Shown: one piece after another, positions 13,199-25,050 of the stretch | Numbering within the stretch: position 1 is the first letter of the stretch | Layout: each line of letters begins with the position of its first letter | Origin: Pelomyxa schiedti | Taxonomy: Eukaryota; Protista; Evosea | NCBI GenBank assembly: GCA_020536535.1 | Contig: JAHLWZ010000822.1 | Span: forward strand, 1-64,000 | Reading direction: 5' to 3' | DNA: 64,000 bases | The notes under the pieces: model-generated | The model's database searches: none | Told to the model about the DNA's origin: nothing | The model's input: the letters and a program-made list of their open reading frames with translations, nothing else | Position numbers and translations under genes: made by a program

Positions 13199-16100
13199 TC
13201 ATCTCCGCTCTTTGACCATCTTGGTTGCAAGGAGAATTCCAATATGCAGAGCCACTTCCAATCCTATTAGAACTCCAACATCTCCCCATAAAAAGTCCGC
13301 AAAACCTTTGTTGTCCTGATTGATTGAGAGTGAGTTATTTTTGGTTGGGAAACAAAAGGGCACACACAAGAAGGGCTTGATATGCTGTGGAATTGTCAAA
13401 TCTGAACTCGTTGTCTATCAGTCCTTCAATCGCGTAATTTAAGTAGCTTTGCAGATGGATATCAACCACACATTGCGAATTTCAGGGAATACCTGAATCG
13501 GACAATAACTTTGTTGACATCCACAGGGTAGATTAGAGCTCCAGAAAAAAGTAAACAGAACAGGAAAACGGCAACAAATATGCCAGATGCCATGATCATA
13601 TTTGTAGAAAACATGGCAATAATATAGCATATGGCACTGCTCGCTTCACAGTTCATAAATAATATGAACAAAAACAAAAAGAATTGCTTTGCGGTTTGAG
13701 CAAATATCATCCAATATGCCGGCATTCCTATATTAATTGTGAGCTTTTTCCAAACCATGGCATGGCGTTAGAATACATACCAACGAGAATTGTCATCGCA
13801 AAGTTTATAGGTGTGTGCTGTACACATGAAGCAATAAAAAATATTAGAGAGGAGTAGAGACCAAAGCCACGCTCTCTAAATAATAATTGACGTGAGCTCA
13901 GCACTTGACTCATCGCTGGCATAACCTTGTGGGGGAAAAAAATAAGAAAGATTCGATGGATAAGCAAGTACCAAAATAGAAAAAGCTATCATTAGAAATG
14001 CAAGAGGTGGAATTCGTTTTGACATGGCCATAATAGCGGGACTCAAGTCGAACCACACCTTAATTTTATCTGTTAATACATTCTGGGCAAAGAATAAAAT
14101 GTTTAGGGTTAAGTAGGATGATGTTACACACCCCTCCAATGACAACACCCAAAATTAGGGAGAAAATAAGGCGTATCCACACAATTGTGTAATTGCGTAT
14201 ATTCTCCACCCAATTTCTTTCAGATAAAGTGAGGAGTCGTATCCACCAATACTTCAGGTCTATGGAAAAGGATTTCCCAAGTTCAGGTCCCATGGGCTCG
14301 TCTATCTGACTCTTAGATGGATACAACCAATACCCTTACCAGACAAGTCCGTAGGAAGGGCTGTGTCAGTCACCCAGATGGACTCTGAGTATGCTTTGTT
14401 TAAGGAAGCACCATCATAACCTTTTTGTTCTAGATTCATTGTCTTTTGGGACTATTTGTGGAGTTGAAAAGACTTCAGGAAGATTTAGAGATGGAAACAT
14501 GGTCGAATTCAGTTGTATTCTTCTGCGCTAAAACATCCAGTATGAAGTCTGCAGGTGGTTCATGTTTGGGTACTTCGAACCCCAGTTGTTTAAAAAAATC
14601 TACAGCAGACCTGAGGTATAGGATTGTTAAGTGGAAGACGAGGCAGGTTCAAACAAACTTAGAGGGTCCGTAGTACACAAGGTATCCATCCTTCAGCAGA
14701 AGGAGTTTATCAAACATTGCAAAAATTGTGGGTCTGGGCTGATGTATTGTGCATACGACAGTGCATCCAGTAGCACAGAAATTTTTAACTGATTGCATCA
14801 CATGAAGTGCATTCTGAGCATCCAGACCAGAAGTTACCTGCCATGGATAAACACTAAGAAACAAAGATAAAGGAAGATAAAACGCACTTCATCAATAAAC
14901 AGTATGCTGGGAAATGATACAACTTCCACTGCAATAGACAATCTCCTGCGTTCACCACCAGATATGCCTCTTTTTCCCTCTGATCCAACTCTGGTATTCT
15001 GGCACTGTGGCAAGAATAAAAAACCTTCAGTTTTTCAAACATAAATGTGGAGAGTACTTTTTCGAGGTTAAAGTTGTGAATTATAACTGTTGCCAAGGAT
15101 TCCTGGTCGGGCCTGGAAAGATTGGGACACTTCATCCGAATTCGAAAGAGTATTGTCTCTCTAACAGAAAGTTCTCCTGTACATAGCCCGATTATAATTA
15201 AAATATTCAATGAAAACCAAACCAATGAAGACATCATCCTGCATTACATAAGCAGTATGGTTCTTGTAAAACTCGGATGTTGGCCGTTCTCTGTCAATCC
15301 ATATCTCTCCTTCTACCAGTCCACCTTTATGTCTTCCTGCGATAATATCCAAAAGGGTCGACTTTCCAGCCCCACTTGGGCCCATGAGACCAATCTTGGA
15401 GAAGTTGAGATGATATGCTTTCATATCAAAATAGGGTAAGAAGAGTAAAACTCTACCAGGCTTCCAGCTGGAACGTGGGCTGAAATGTTATACAGGATTT
15501 GAATCTGTGGTTTCCTGAAAGGCTTGACGTAGTAACTTATGCCAGAAAAGCAAAGTGATTTTGGGTGACTTTCTGTCCGACTACTAGAGAAAACTTCCAT
15601 GGAAGTACTTTCCAGAACAGATCCCATTATTTCCTCTTCCGCGCATATACTCATAGACCGAGACAACCGTGACAAAGAGTGAGCACCCGTCTCAGAGCTA
15701 GTAGTATTTTTATAAGGCATTGAAAACAAAAAAAAAAAAAAAAGAGAGAGAGAGAAGATAGTGATGTGAGAGAGAAATGCATAATCCAAAATTATATTAT
15801 CGAATCCGCGATATAGAATTGAAGGAAATCCCTCCCCACAAAATGCAAAGAAAACCCACAATTCTATCTGCACCATGCTGGTAGTCAAAGCTTCCCTCGC
15901 GAACTGATCGCTGATAGTGGCCAACCCCTGTGACACAACCCCACCAGTGTTCATCACAAAGTTCATCGTGCCGTCAGAAACTTCGATCTCCCTGTTCTTC
16001 TTGGACGACCCGCTGGAATTTCCCCCAGATCTCCCCAATGCCCCCCTTGACCCCCCGACCGCGAGCTTCGACATCCTCGAAGCGCCGCTGGAAATCCCGG

Positions 16101-16734
16101 AGTTCCTCAGCACCCCCGCGGAACCGCTCGCCGCCGGCCTCATTATCGCGCCGCTCGATGTCATTATGGGACGGACGCCCGGTGCTGGCGACGCCGATCT
16201 GCGCCTGGGCGCGGCAGGTTCCCCCGAGGTCGGCACGTACGGGAATTTCTTGCCGGCGTTGGTGCTGATGGTGCTGCCATCGTTATCGCTGCTTTTTTTG
16301 TTGTTGGTGCTGATGTTGATCGTGGTCGTAGCGCCGCTCTTCTTCTTCTTGTTCTTGTTGGTTTTGCCATTGTCGCTGTCCTCGTCGTGACTGCTTTTAC
16401 TTTTGCTTTTGCTTTTGTTGCTGTTGCTGTCGCTGTCGCTTTCGCTTTCGCCGCCTTCGTCGTCGCTGCTCTTTTTGTGGTGGTGATGATGGCGGTGGCG
16501 GTGCTGGCCGTGGCGACGTCGCCGGTGGTGGCGTGGCTTGGGGTCGCCGTCGGCCGAGTTGGCCTCGTCGTGGTCTTTGTTGCTCTTGGTGTGCTTTCCG
16601 GTGGCTGTGTGGTGGAGCCTGTGCATCCTCACCTCGGCTCCGGTCCCACGGCTGGGGTCACTCGCCGCGGTGTGATTATGGGTTTCGTGGTCGCTGTCGC
16701 CATCGCTGGTGCCGCTCGCGCTGGGTGAAGACAT
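13199..16734 (-). CDS. ABCG (White-family) half transporter with long His/Ser/Lys-rich N-terminal extension
   Basis: Walker [24 protein letters not shown], signature ISGGERRR, Walker B LFIDE, TSGLD, CTIHQP, followed by C-terminal transmembrane exons ending KMVKERR*. Confidence 0.92.
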
Positions 16735-17140
16735 CTGTGTACAGAAAGACAAAAAATTACAGTCCACAGATTGGCTCAAGGCATTCCGCTGTTTCTCAAG
16801 AAAACTTATCCTTTACGGGTTTGGCTTTTCACGGTTTCCAAATAAAGCAACGTGATGGTGAAGAACTGAAAGAATGTGTGATGTCTATGACGATTCTCAT
16901 TTCCAATTAATTTTTTGAACAAACACAAGGTGCCAGTTCCTGTTGCCGTTTTTTGGAGCTGTTTCCTACTCACAGAAAGAAAGTCACAGAGAAAGGAGAC
17001 ACCAATCAAGAAAACCTCAGGCTTTTCTGTAGAACACTGTTGTACTAAAACCAAAAAGGCGGTGTTGTGGCTTTTCTCTTTTTTTCTTTATTACATTTGC
17101 GGAATTCCGCATGTCGTTGTGTTTTGTTAGTGTTGCTTTT

Positions 17141-19962
17141 TTACTCACAGGCCAACTTTTTATCAAAGCTGGTAAGAGCGATTCCAAAGGCTTGCATTAG
17201 TGTTAGGGGGTATTGGTAGTCCAGAATGAACATGTTGCTAGACACACGTCCAAATTGCATCAGTATTATGTCGTTGTAGGACGCTGTTTCATTGTTGTTA
17301 GAGAGTTCAGATTTGTGAATTGTTGAGTAACATACGATCGGCGGAAACTACTTGGAAGTTTTTCACTGCAATAAATAGAGTAAGAGAAAGGCGGGGATTG
17401 TAAAATAAAACAAAAAGACTCACCAGATGCCACTTTCACTCTGCGGTGGAAATTCAGTACATACGCCTGTGTTGCTGATTTTTTTGGTAAGAAAATTTAA
17501 AGCTGTTATTCCTTACCTTGGTTCCAAATTGGTGCCTTATTATGCAAGCATAAAATGTTGTCTAAAGTGTTGGATTTGTATCTGGCTAGTAGTGTACTGG
17601 AAGGGGAATCTGGTCTGTTGCCAATATATCCACCAGTGGCTGCATCACGCTTTGGTAGAAGGACAACCATTTTTCTTGGTCCATGAAGCCCAAGAGGATT
17701 AGAGCCCTGCAAGGAAAATTTACAAAGGTAGAGAGTTGCATTGTTGTACATAAGTCACTGAGGCCAGTTCACATCTTGACATATCTGGATTAACAGCTTT
17801 CTTTGGATTATCCCCAGTATCATAGATAACAAACTCAGTTCCTAGGAAGTTGGATCTAACAGTGTTCAGGGCGGCTAATTGAAGGAATCCCGTTACCTGA
17901 CTTTACCAGCAAAGCAAGGCGAATTTCTTGCCAAATCGGCACTATCAGTGGAGATGAGATAATTTGAGGACTTGCTGCGGACTCTGCGTCTAGCAGCAAC
18001 AATAAACTGGTTTGTTTCCTCGAGATATAGAAGGTAGGTGGGGTGCCCAAAGCCTTTAGATGCAACTTGGATCTTGCACATTGTCTTATTTTGCTATTAG
18101 TTGACAAGAAAAAATTTTAAACTTACCATATATCCTCTCTGGCCAGGGGTGTGAAGGAATGTTGGAACATCATTGGCAACCAAAGTGGGAACAGATAGAG
18201 TTGGTCTGTATCTAGATACATTGTCTAGTGGGGAAGGTGCCCACTGCAGTTGAGGCATTCCTGGTGTTCCAGTTGTATAATGTGGAGTCAAAGGGGCAGA
18301 GTGTGAAAGTGATGCTGAAGCTGACGAGGTATTAACATCACTAGTGTTGGTGTCATGTTTCAGTGAGGTCATTTCAACTTCTTCCTCTTGTGAAGATTTT
18401 CGTTTGTGCTTACTGTTACTCTGAGGGGAATATTGAACATTAGGAGTTTAAACCAAGCGTACTCAGGGATGAATACCTTGGTAGCCGATAGAGAGAGTGC
18501 AGCTGTTTGTTCGGAAGTAGCAAGCGAGACAGGCGAGTCCTCTCTATTCCTTGGGCGGAAGTCTTCTTGGTCGCTCTCCTCAGAGGTGCTTCCACTACTA
18601 CCACTAGGATGCCTATGTTTGCCACTTGGTTTAGAGGGTTGTTCTAAGGGGTCCTTCAACTGAAATTCTTCAACGTGTGCCTTGGGAACTGACGGCGATT
18701 TTATTGTTACTGCAGAGGTTGCAGTAGTTGTAACAGAAGAAGTGAGGGTTCGGGGGGTTGATAGAGTTCCACTTCCAGTAAGTGGTCTATCTGTAGTTGC
18801 CAGCACTCCTAAAGAACAAGTTAAATGATTGGGCTTTTTTTGTTCTTTTGTTCTTTTTTTTTTTTTTTTTCATTCTAGATAGGGATTTTACGAACCTTGT
18901 CTAGACCGCATCTTTCTCCTCTCCATTTGCTCCAACTGCTGTCTCCTCTTGTTTTCAGCAGCAGCACTGGAGTTGGCAGTCATAGGCCTTTCATCCACCA
19001 CAACGCGCTTCACTGCGTCCCCAACACCCCCGTCGCTACTACTGCTATGAGACGTAGAATCAGAGTCCTCAACGCCAGCCAAGATGTCATCAGCGGAGGC
19101 CTCCACGGCCAATCTGCTCTGCGCCTGAGGCTGCGACTTGTTCGCCATCGCTGCCGATTTCGTGCCGGTGCTGGTGCCTTCGCCGCCCGATGTGTGCGGG
19201 CGCCGATTCTGGGTCTGATTCTGAGTGGAATTAGTCCCTCCGCGCCGCGGAGTGCGTGTATCGGACCGAGGCGAAGAAGAGGAGATGGTGTCAGGCAGGT
19301 CCTCCGAGGCAGAGACAGACAGAGATTGAGTAGTTGTCTCCAAGGCATTGGCGCCATCGTCATCCTCCTCGTTATCGTTAAGATTGGAAGTTGCAGGGCC
19401 GGGTGGGCCCCGAGGCTTGGCTTTGGCTCCATTCCGGCCACGTCCGCCTGAGGTTCTGTCACGTGCAGCGTTTGAGCGTGGAGCTTGATTGGATGAGGAC
19501 GAGGTCGTGGTGGAGCCAGGAGGCCTCGTGGACGCCGCTTTGGGCTTGGCTTTGGTTGCAATTGTGGGTGTGGATTTGGGTGATGGGGTGGGGATTGTGT
19601 CAAGTGACATCGAGAGGGGGGGGGAGGAGGCCCGCGGGGTCGATGTTACTGTTGATGTTGATGATGGGGAGGGGGATGCGGAGGTCGACGTCGTCGACGT
19701 GGCCGCCCCGGCGGTTGTTGGGCGGCGGCGCTTGGTCTGCGGGGGCTGTTGTTTCTGTCGCGGGGTGGCGTGGTGGTGGACGTGCCGGTGTTTGACTGGC
19801 GCCGAGGCACCTATTTCTCGCTCCACGGAAACGTCGGGTGCTACTCTCCTGTGGGTGAATTATGGGTGTGGTTAGGGAGGGAAATGTTGGGCGGGGGTGT
19901 GAAAGGAAAAAAAACGGATCGTCGTACCCAACTAGCTCTGCTTCATCCGAATCCGACGACAT
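17141..19962 (-). CDS. Tubby-like protein (disordered N-terminus plus C-terminal Tubby domain)
   Basis: [49 protein letters not shown], and the terminal [39 protein letters not shown]. Confidence 0.93.
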
Positions 19963-20182
19963 TTGTTTCGTTGTTGGTTTGGTTTTTTGTTTGTGTGTGG
20001 TCCTTTTGGCCAAAAGTTAGTTTTTGGCGAAAGCTCCAAAGTTCCCTCATGTCAATTCCTTGCTCCCAACCGATGTGAAGATGTTGTTACCCGCAGGTGT
20101 ATTCATCCGGCGTTGATCTCAATCGGGAGGTGCACTGATGATTTCATTTATTGGAAGAAAGAAAAAACGGTTTTTTCATCGG

Positions 20183-21065
20183 ATGGTGTCGAGATCAGCC
20201 CCTCCGGGATACGTTGAGAACGTGGTATACGCCCAAGGGGGCTTTGTTCCGTTTCGCACGCAAAGTGATGGCTCCGTAGAGGTGCTGCTCATTTCTAGGT
20301 TTTTTCTTATTCTTCTTTCGTCCTGTTCTCATTTGCTTTTTTTAGTCGAAAGAGCCCAGGGGAATGGGTTATACCCAAGGGCTTCTTAGCAAAAGGAGAA
20401 ACGTAAGTTTTTTGTTTCCTTAGATTGTGGACAACTGGCCAGATCACTTACTTTCCTGTGTTGAAGACACCAAGACGCAGCAATGAAGAAAGCCAGAGCC
20501 GAGGCGGGAGTTATGGGACTACCGAGAATTTTCCTTGGTGAAGTCGACGATTTGTCCACGCATTCTCGTTTGAAGGTTTGACTTTTTCATTTGTCATTTG
20601 GAATGTTTGTTCAACTTTAAAGGTTTGGAGCTTGGAGGTTACTACAATGTTCGATTCTTGGGAACAGCAACATGAACGAGAAAGGCGGTGGTATCCCTTA
20701 TCTGCAATTGATACCCTGAATGCCAGACCAGGTTTCTAAAATATACATCATTAGAAACAAACAAGCAAACAAAAAAAAAAAAGCCGTAAAGCAGAGCTTG
20801 CAGAATATGTTGATACACTACAGTAAGCCTACAGCAGAGTCTTCCGTCACAACGGAAGTTGTGAAGCACTGCTGTAATGTGTGTCTTCGTTTTTCTCCAC
20901 CAAAAAATCACGTTGAAAAAAAAGATATGTTTGTCAAACGAGGTGGATAGTATATTCTTGGATTGTGGACATCAAAGTGCTTGTATGCAATGTGCAGCTG
21001 CCATGAAAACTTGTCCCATTTGCCGCGGCGCCATCCGTGAAGTAAAGAAAGTTTTCAAGACTTAA
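20183..21065 (+). CDS. DIPP/NUDT3-like Nudix domain with a degenerate Nudix box, fused to a C-terminal C3HC4 RING finger
   Basis: EVLLISSRKSPGEWVIPKG, Nudix box GFLAKGE-THQDAAM-KKARAEAGV and W..QHERERRW. RING: CNIC..DSIFLDCGHQSACMQCAAAMKTCPICRGAIREVKKVFKT*. Confidence 0.85.
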
Positions 21066-21173
21066 TGCCCATTTGTAGAGCAGTGCTCATTTATGTAACA
21101 AAAAAAAAGTACATTCCATCACATCCTATCTAGAGGCAACCCTGCCCAACAAGAAAAGTCCCTTCCACCCCCT

Positions 21174-24100
21174 TCAATGTGAGTTAAGTGGTGGCTCTCC
21201 CCTCACATACACTGCCTTATCACCGGCATAGGATGATTTCTTGCCATTCTGTGGAAGCTCATCCACATCCAATCCAGAAAGACCTGTGCTCAAGTCCTCA
21301 CAAAGGGACAATGGTGTGCACACAGGGGAGGCCCTCAGCGGTGGTGCCACTGGATGTGGTTGTGGTGATATTGATAGTGTGCGGATTTTTTCACACACAA
21401 AGTCATCAAGGGGTAGTGCTTGCTGTTGCTGATCATTATCATCATCGGCATTTGCATCAAGGATGGAAATGGAGTCTATAATTGGAGTAAAAAGTGCATC
21501 TGAATCGTGACTGAAGGCTGTCATTGACCGTGGTGATGATCCTGAAGCTGATGCAGTTGTTGTGGAGGACAGGGGTGGTGGTATGAAATCAAGGGTTCTT
21601 GTTTGGTAGGTCTTTGGGTTGTAGGGTGCTGTTTGTTGAAGTGAGTTTCCGTGGCTTGGAAGAAGCAAGCCTACGTCGGTGAGTGAAGGCCGGAGGTGTG
21701 ACAGCTTTTTGGTTGGCGGGGGAGGTATCAGTGCTGTTTGGGTTTGTACTTGTATTTGTGTTTCGTCTGGTGGTGTTCGGGATTTCCTGTGGTGATGGTG
21801 GTGATGCTGGGTATGGAGATGAAGCCTGGTGTGAACCCGGCGGGGTTCTGGTTCTGTGGGAAGGTACATGAGGTTGGTCCGCGGACTGGTTGCCTGGGGT
21901 GCGGCGTGTTCCATGACAGTACTTGCGTCAGCATCAGGATCAACTGGAATTGTGGTTGGTTTTTCAACTTTTCGCTTTGGTTGGTTATCCTCCTTTTGAG
22001 TTGGAGGGGCAGAATCAACTCCCATTCTGAAACACACCACACAATCAATTAGGTTGGGGCACTGAAATTGGAGCATGAATTCAGCAACTTTGTCGGAGCC
22101 GATGTGGTCAAAAAAACTCCATTGGTGGGTGTGAGAATTGGATGAGACTGTGTGGACTTCCTTGTTTGTGTTACCATAAGAAAAAAAGAACTGCATTGGC
22201 GTACAAAGGGTGCACGTTCAAACTCCTGTGCCAGTTGATACCTTGAAAAAGATCAGTACTATTCAATCAGGGAACTGTAAACCTGACACGAAAAGATTTT
22301 ACAGCAGTCCTGTTTTGGGGTGGAGTGTAGGATTGTTCCTGAGTAAGCATTAAAGAGATTTTTGTACTGAAATACTGCACTTTAAATAGAATCAGGAGAT
22401 GTTTGCTCTGAGAAAACAGCATGTATCTTTTTGCAAAAAAAAACCTGTGAGCTGGAAGGCAACTGATGGGAGGAAACCTCTCTTCATTTCTCCACACATA
22501 ACCGTGCAATATTTTTATTTTGCTGGAAGGTATTTCCCCAATAGTTGCTGGAGCACTAGATTTTTCTTGTCGGTGCCATGTAAAAATTGGGCAAAGGGAA
22601 GTTGTGTTGAGGCCAGCAATTTCAGGTGGCAGATCAATTTGCACAGGGGTAGCGGGAAAAATTTCAGAAGTGCAATTCCTTAGAGGAGCTACCACATGTT
22701 AGATGGAGACAAATTTCGCAAGTAGTACAAGGTATAGGATCTAGAATGCCATCCACAGGGCTGATGGACTTGGAGATGTCAAGCATGGGATTGGCCGTAA
22801 TTTGCTCACAAGTACTTGAATAACGTGTGGGAACCTCCCTGCCCCCAGCACTTTTACTTCTCGTATGCTTACTGTGATGCCCTACTACCAGTGGAATATC
22901 AGATTTCTTGGGTTTACAATTAATGATGTCGTTTCCACTATCAATTGGACATAGAGGACTGACTGGTCCAGCCGTTTCAACAGGCTTTGGTTGGGAGGGA
23001 GAAGTGGAAGTAGTATCTGTTCTTCGTGAGCTAAAAGAGAGGGAGGTTTCTACCATTTGAAAGACGGGGTGTGCCACCGAGAATGGGGGTGGCCTGGTCA
23101 TCAGGATTACATTGACTAAGTGTTGTTCTGCCAGTGTACATAGCTGAAATACTTTTGGTTGGCTTGTCTTCACATTTCACTGCATCCAGTTGAACTCTCA
23201 GATCACTACATTCATTTTCTAGTACTTCGACTCTCACTTTTAGAATCTGATTCTCATCTTGGATTATTGAGAGTGTGTCAATCGAAGAAAATAGCTCCGT
23301 TTGTGTAGTTTCAAGCTTGACTCGCAACTCCCTGTTTTGTGTTTCAATGTCAGCTAGTCGCTGCCGTAAGCGATTTGCTTCCTCACACAGCTGTGCTCTT
23401 TCTTGCTTTTAGTGTGTGAATAAAAAGTGCCACAAGGAGGAGGATTACCCATAACCGAGCAGACGAGTGATTCAGAATATAAGAGACTTCAGGTCGCTTG
23501 GTTTGGTCTTTTTCCAGCATTCTAAAGATAAGAGCACATAAATCACTACTATAATGCTTGGGTATGCTTGCTGGTTGTTCCTGTGTTATCTTCCTGAAGA
23601 GAGGTTACTTCACACGGAAAACTACCAAAAATGACACACTGTGCAAGCAGTATTTGATTGGATGCAGTAAACGGTGGTCTCAAAGTAGCTAGTTCGTACA
23701 TCAAGCAGCCAAGGCTCCAGACATCTGATCTTTTTTATTGTTGGGTAGGGCAGATATATTTGAAGAAAAGTACTTTTCATTATAGGGCTTGTTGAGGCAA
23801 ATCTCAGGTGACATATAAAGAGGCGTTCCCACACCAGAATATGCCAAACTCTGCATGAATTAGATTCGCAAGGTAGAAGGAGATATATACCTGTGAGTCC
23901 AGGAGTTTACTGAATCCAAAATCACCTAACTTCGCATTCCCATCTTTGTCCAAAAAAACCTTAGCTTGGAAGTCAATAACTAATATAAGTATATAGTGCT
24001 ACTTGCGTTAGCTGCTTTGATATCCCTTTTTAAAAGAAAAAAAAATTAAAATATAAAAGAGTTTGGATGAATTTTCTTGCCTGTGTAAAATGTGTCGTGA

Positions 24101-24967
24101 ATGGAGATATTCTAAGGCATGGCAAATCTGTGATAGATAAGCCCACAGAACATCTTCAGCAAAATGGAGACTGCCTTACCATACACCCAAAGAAACAATA
24201 TTAGACAATCCAGACAACATTGACTAATAACATTTCATATAGTATCGTCCTTCCCAATCGGGTTTATTGTCTAATAATCACCATCACAATCACCCACGCT
24301 TATCCCATATAATTACCACAGTTCCCCAAGCCACAACACACCGTGAAGCAGCCTTCATCTTAGCAGCGGCCGCCAAATCACCCCCCGGCGCATATTCCAT
24401 CACAATGGCCACAGTAGCCCCCCTCACTGAATTCATCCCAATCCCATGATGCTCTTTTGCTCTTCTTCCACCTCCTTGTTCGCCGGCGCCGGCGCCTCCG
24501 CCTCCTCCTCCTCCTCCCAATACGTCCGCAGTTACGACGTTTGAGCCGCCAGTACCACTGGGCTCTTGCTGTCTATCGTGCTGCTGCCCGCCGTCGTCAG
24601 CGTCGTCCTCGTCGTCGTCGTACGAGACGAACGAGTCGAGGAACTTGACAATGTTCGGGTGGTGCGCGCTTCGCAGAACCGCCGCTTCGTTGGCGACGTC
24701 TGACAGCTCCTGCGGCGTAAGGGTCGTTACGTTGATCAGCTTCACTACCACGTACGAGTCTTCCCCTGTCGCCCTCGTCTGTGCTCGTCTCCTGGCCTTC
24801 CACACTGCATGAAATGCATCACACTTGTGGGTGGGAAAACGGGTTCCCTGCCATGGAACACCGACACAAACAAAGGAAGCGAGAGATGGAATTGACAAAC
24901 ATAAACCTTGTCCGTATGCTCCTTTGCCTATCATCTTGACCAGCTCGTAGTCCGAGATGCGACTCAT
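21174..24967 (-). CDS. NEK (NIMA-related) Ser/Thr kinase with coiled coil and long low-complexity C-terminus
   Basis: YELVKMIGKGAYG, VVVK, EAAVLRSAHHPNIVKF, IVMEYAPGGDL, ILHRDIKAANVFL, KLGDFGFSK, VGTPLYMSPEIC..KPYNEKSDVWSLGC. Coiled-coil exons at 23170-23410. Confidence 0.9.
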
Positions 24968-25050
24968 CCCCGATCGTTTTTATTTTTTTTTTTTACTGCT
25001 ATCTCATATCGTGTTTACGGTAAGAGCGAGGGTAGATTTGTTTCCTTTTC

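Noticed and set aside
15917-16910. Long plus-strand ORFs here, and similar antisense ORFs at 18897-19875, 44907-45578, 45555-46967 and 5366-6034
   Set aside because: Shadow ORFs opposite GC-rich or low-complexity real exons.
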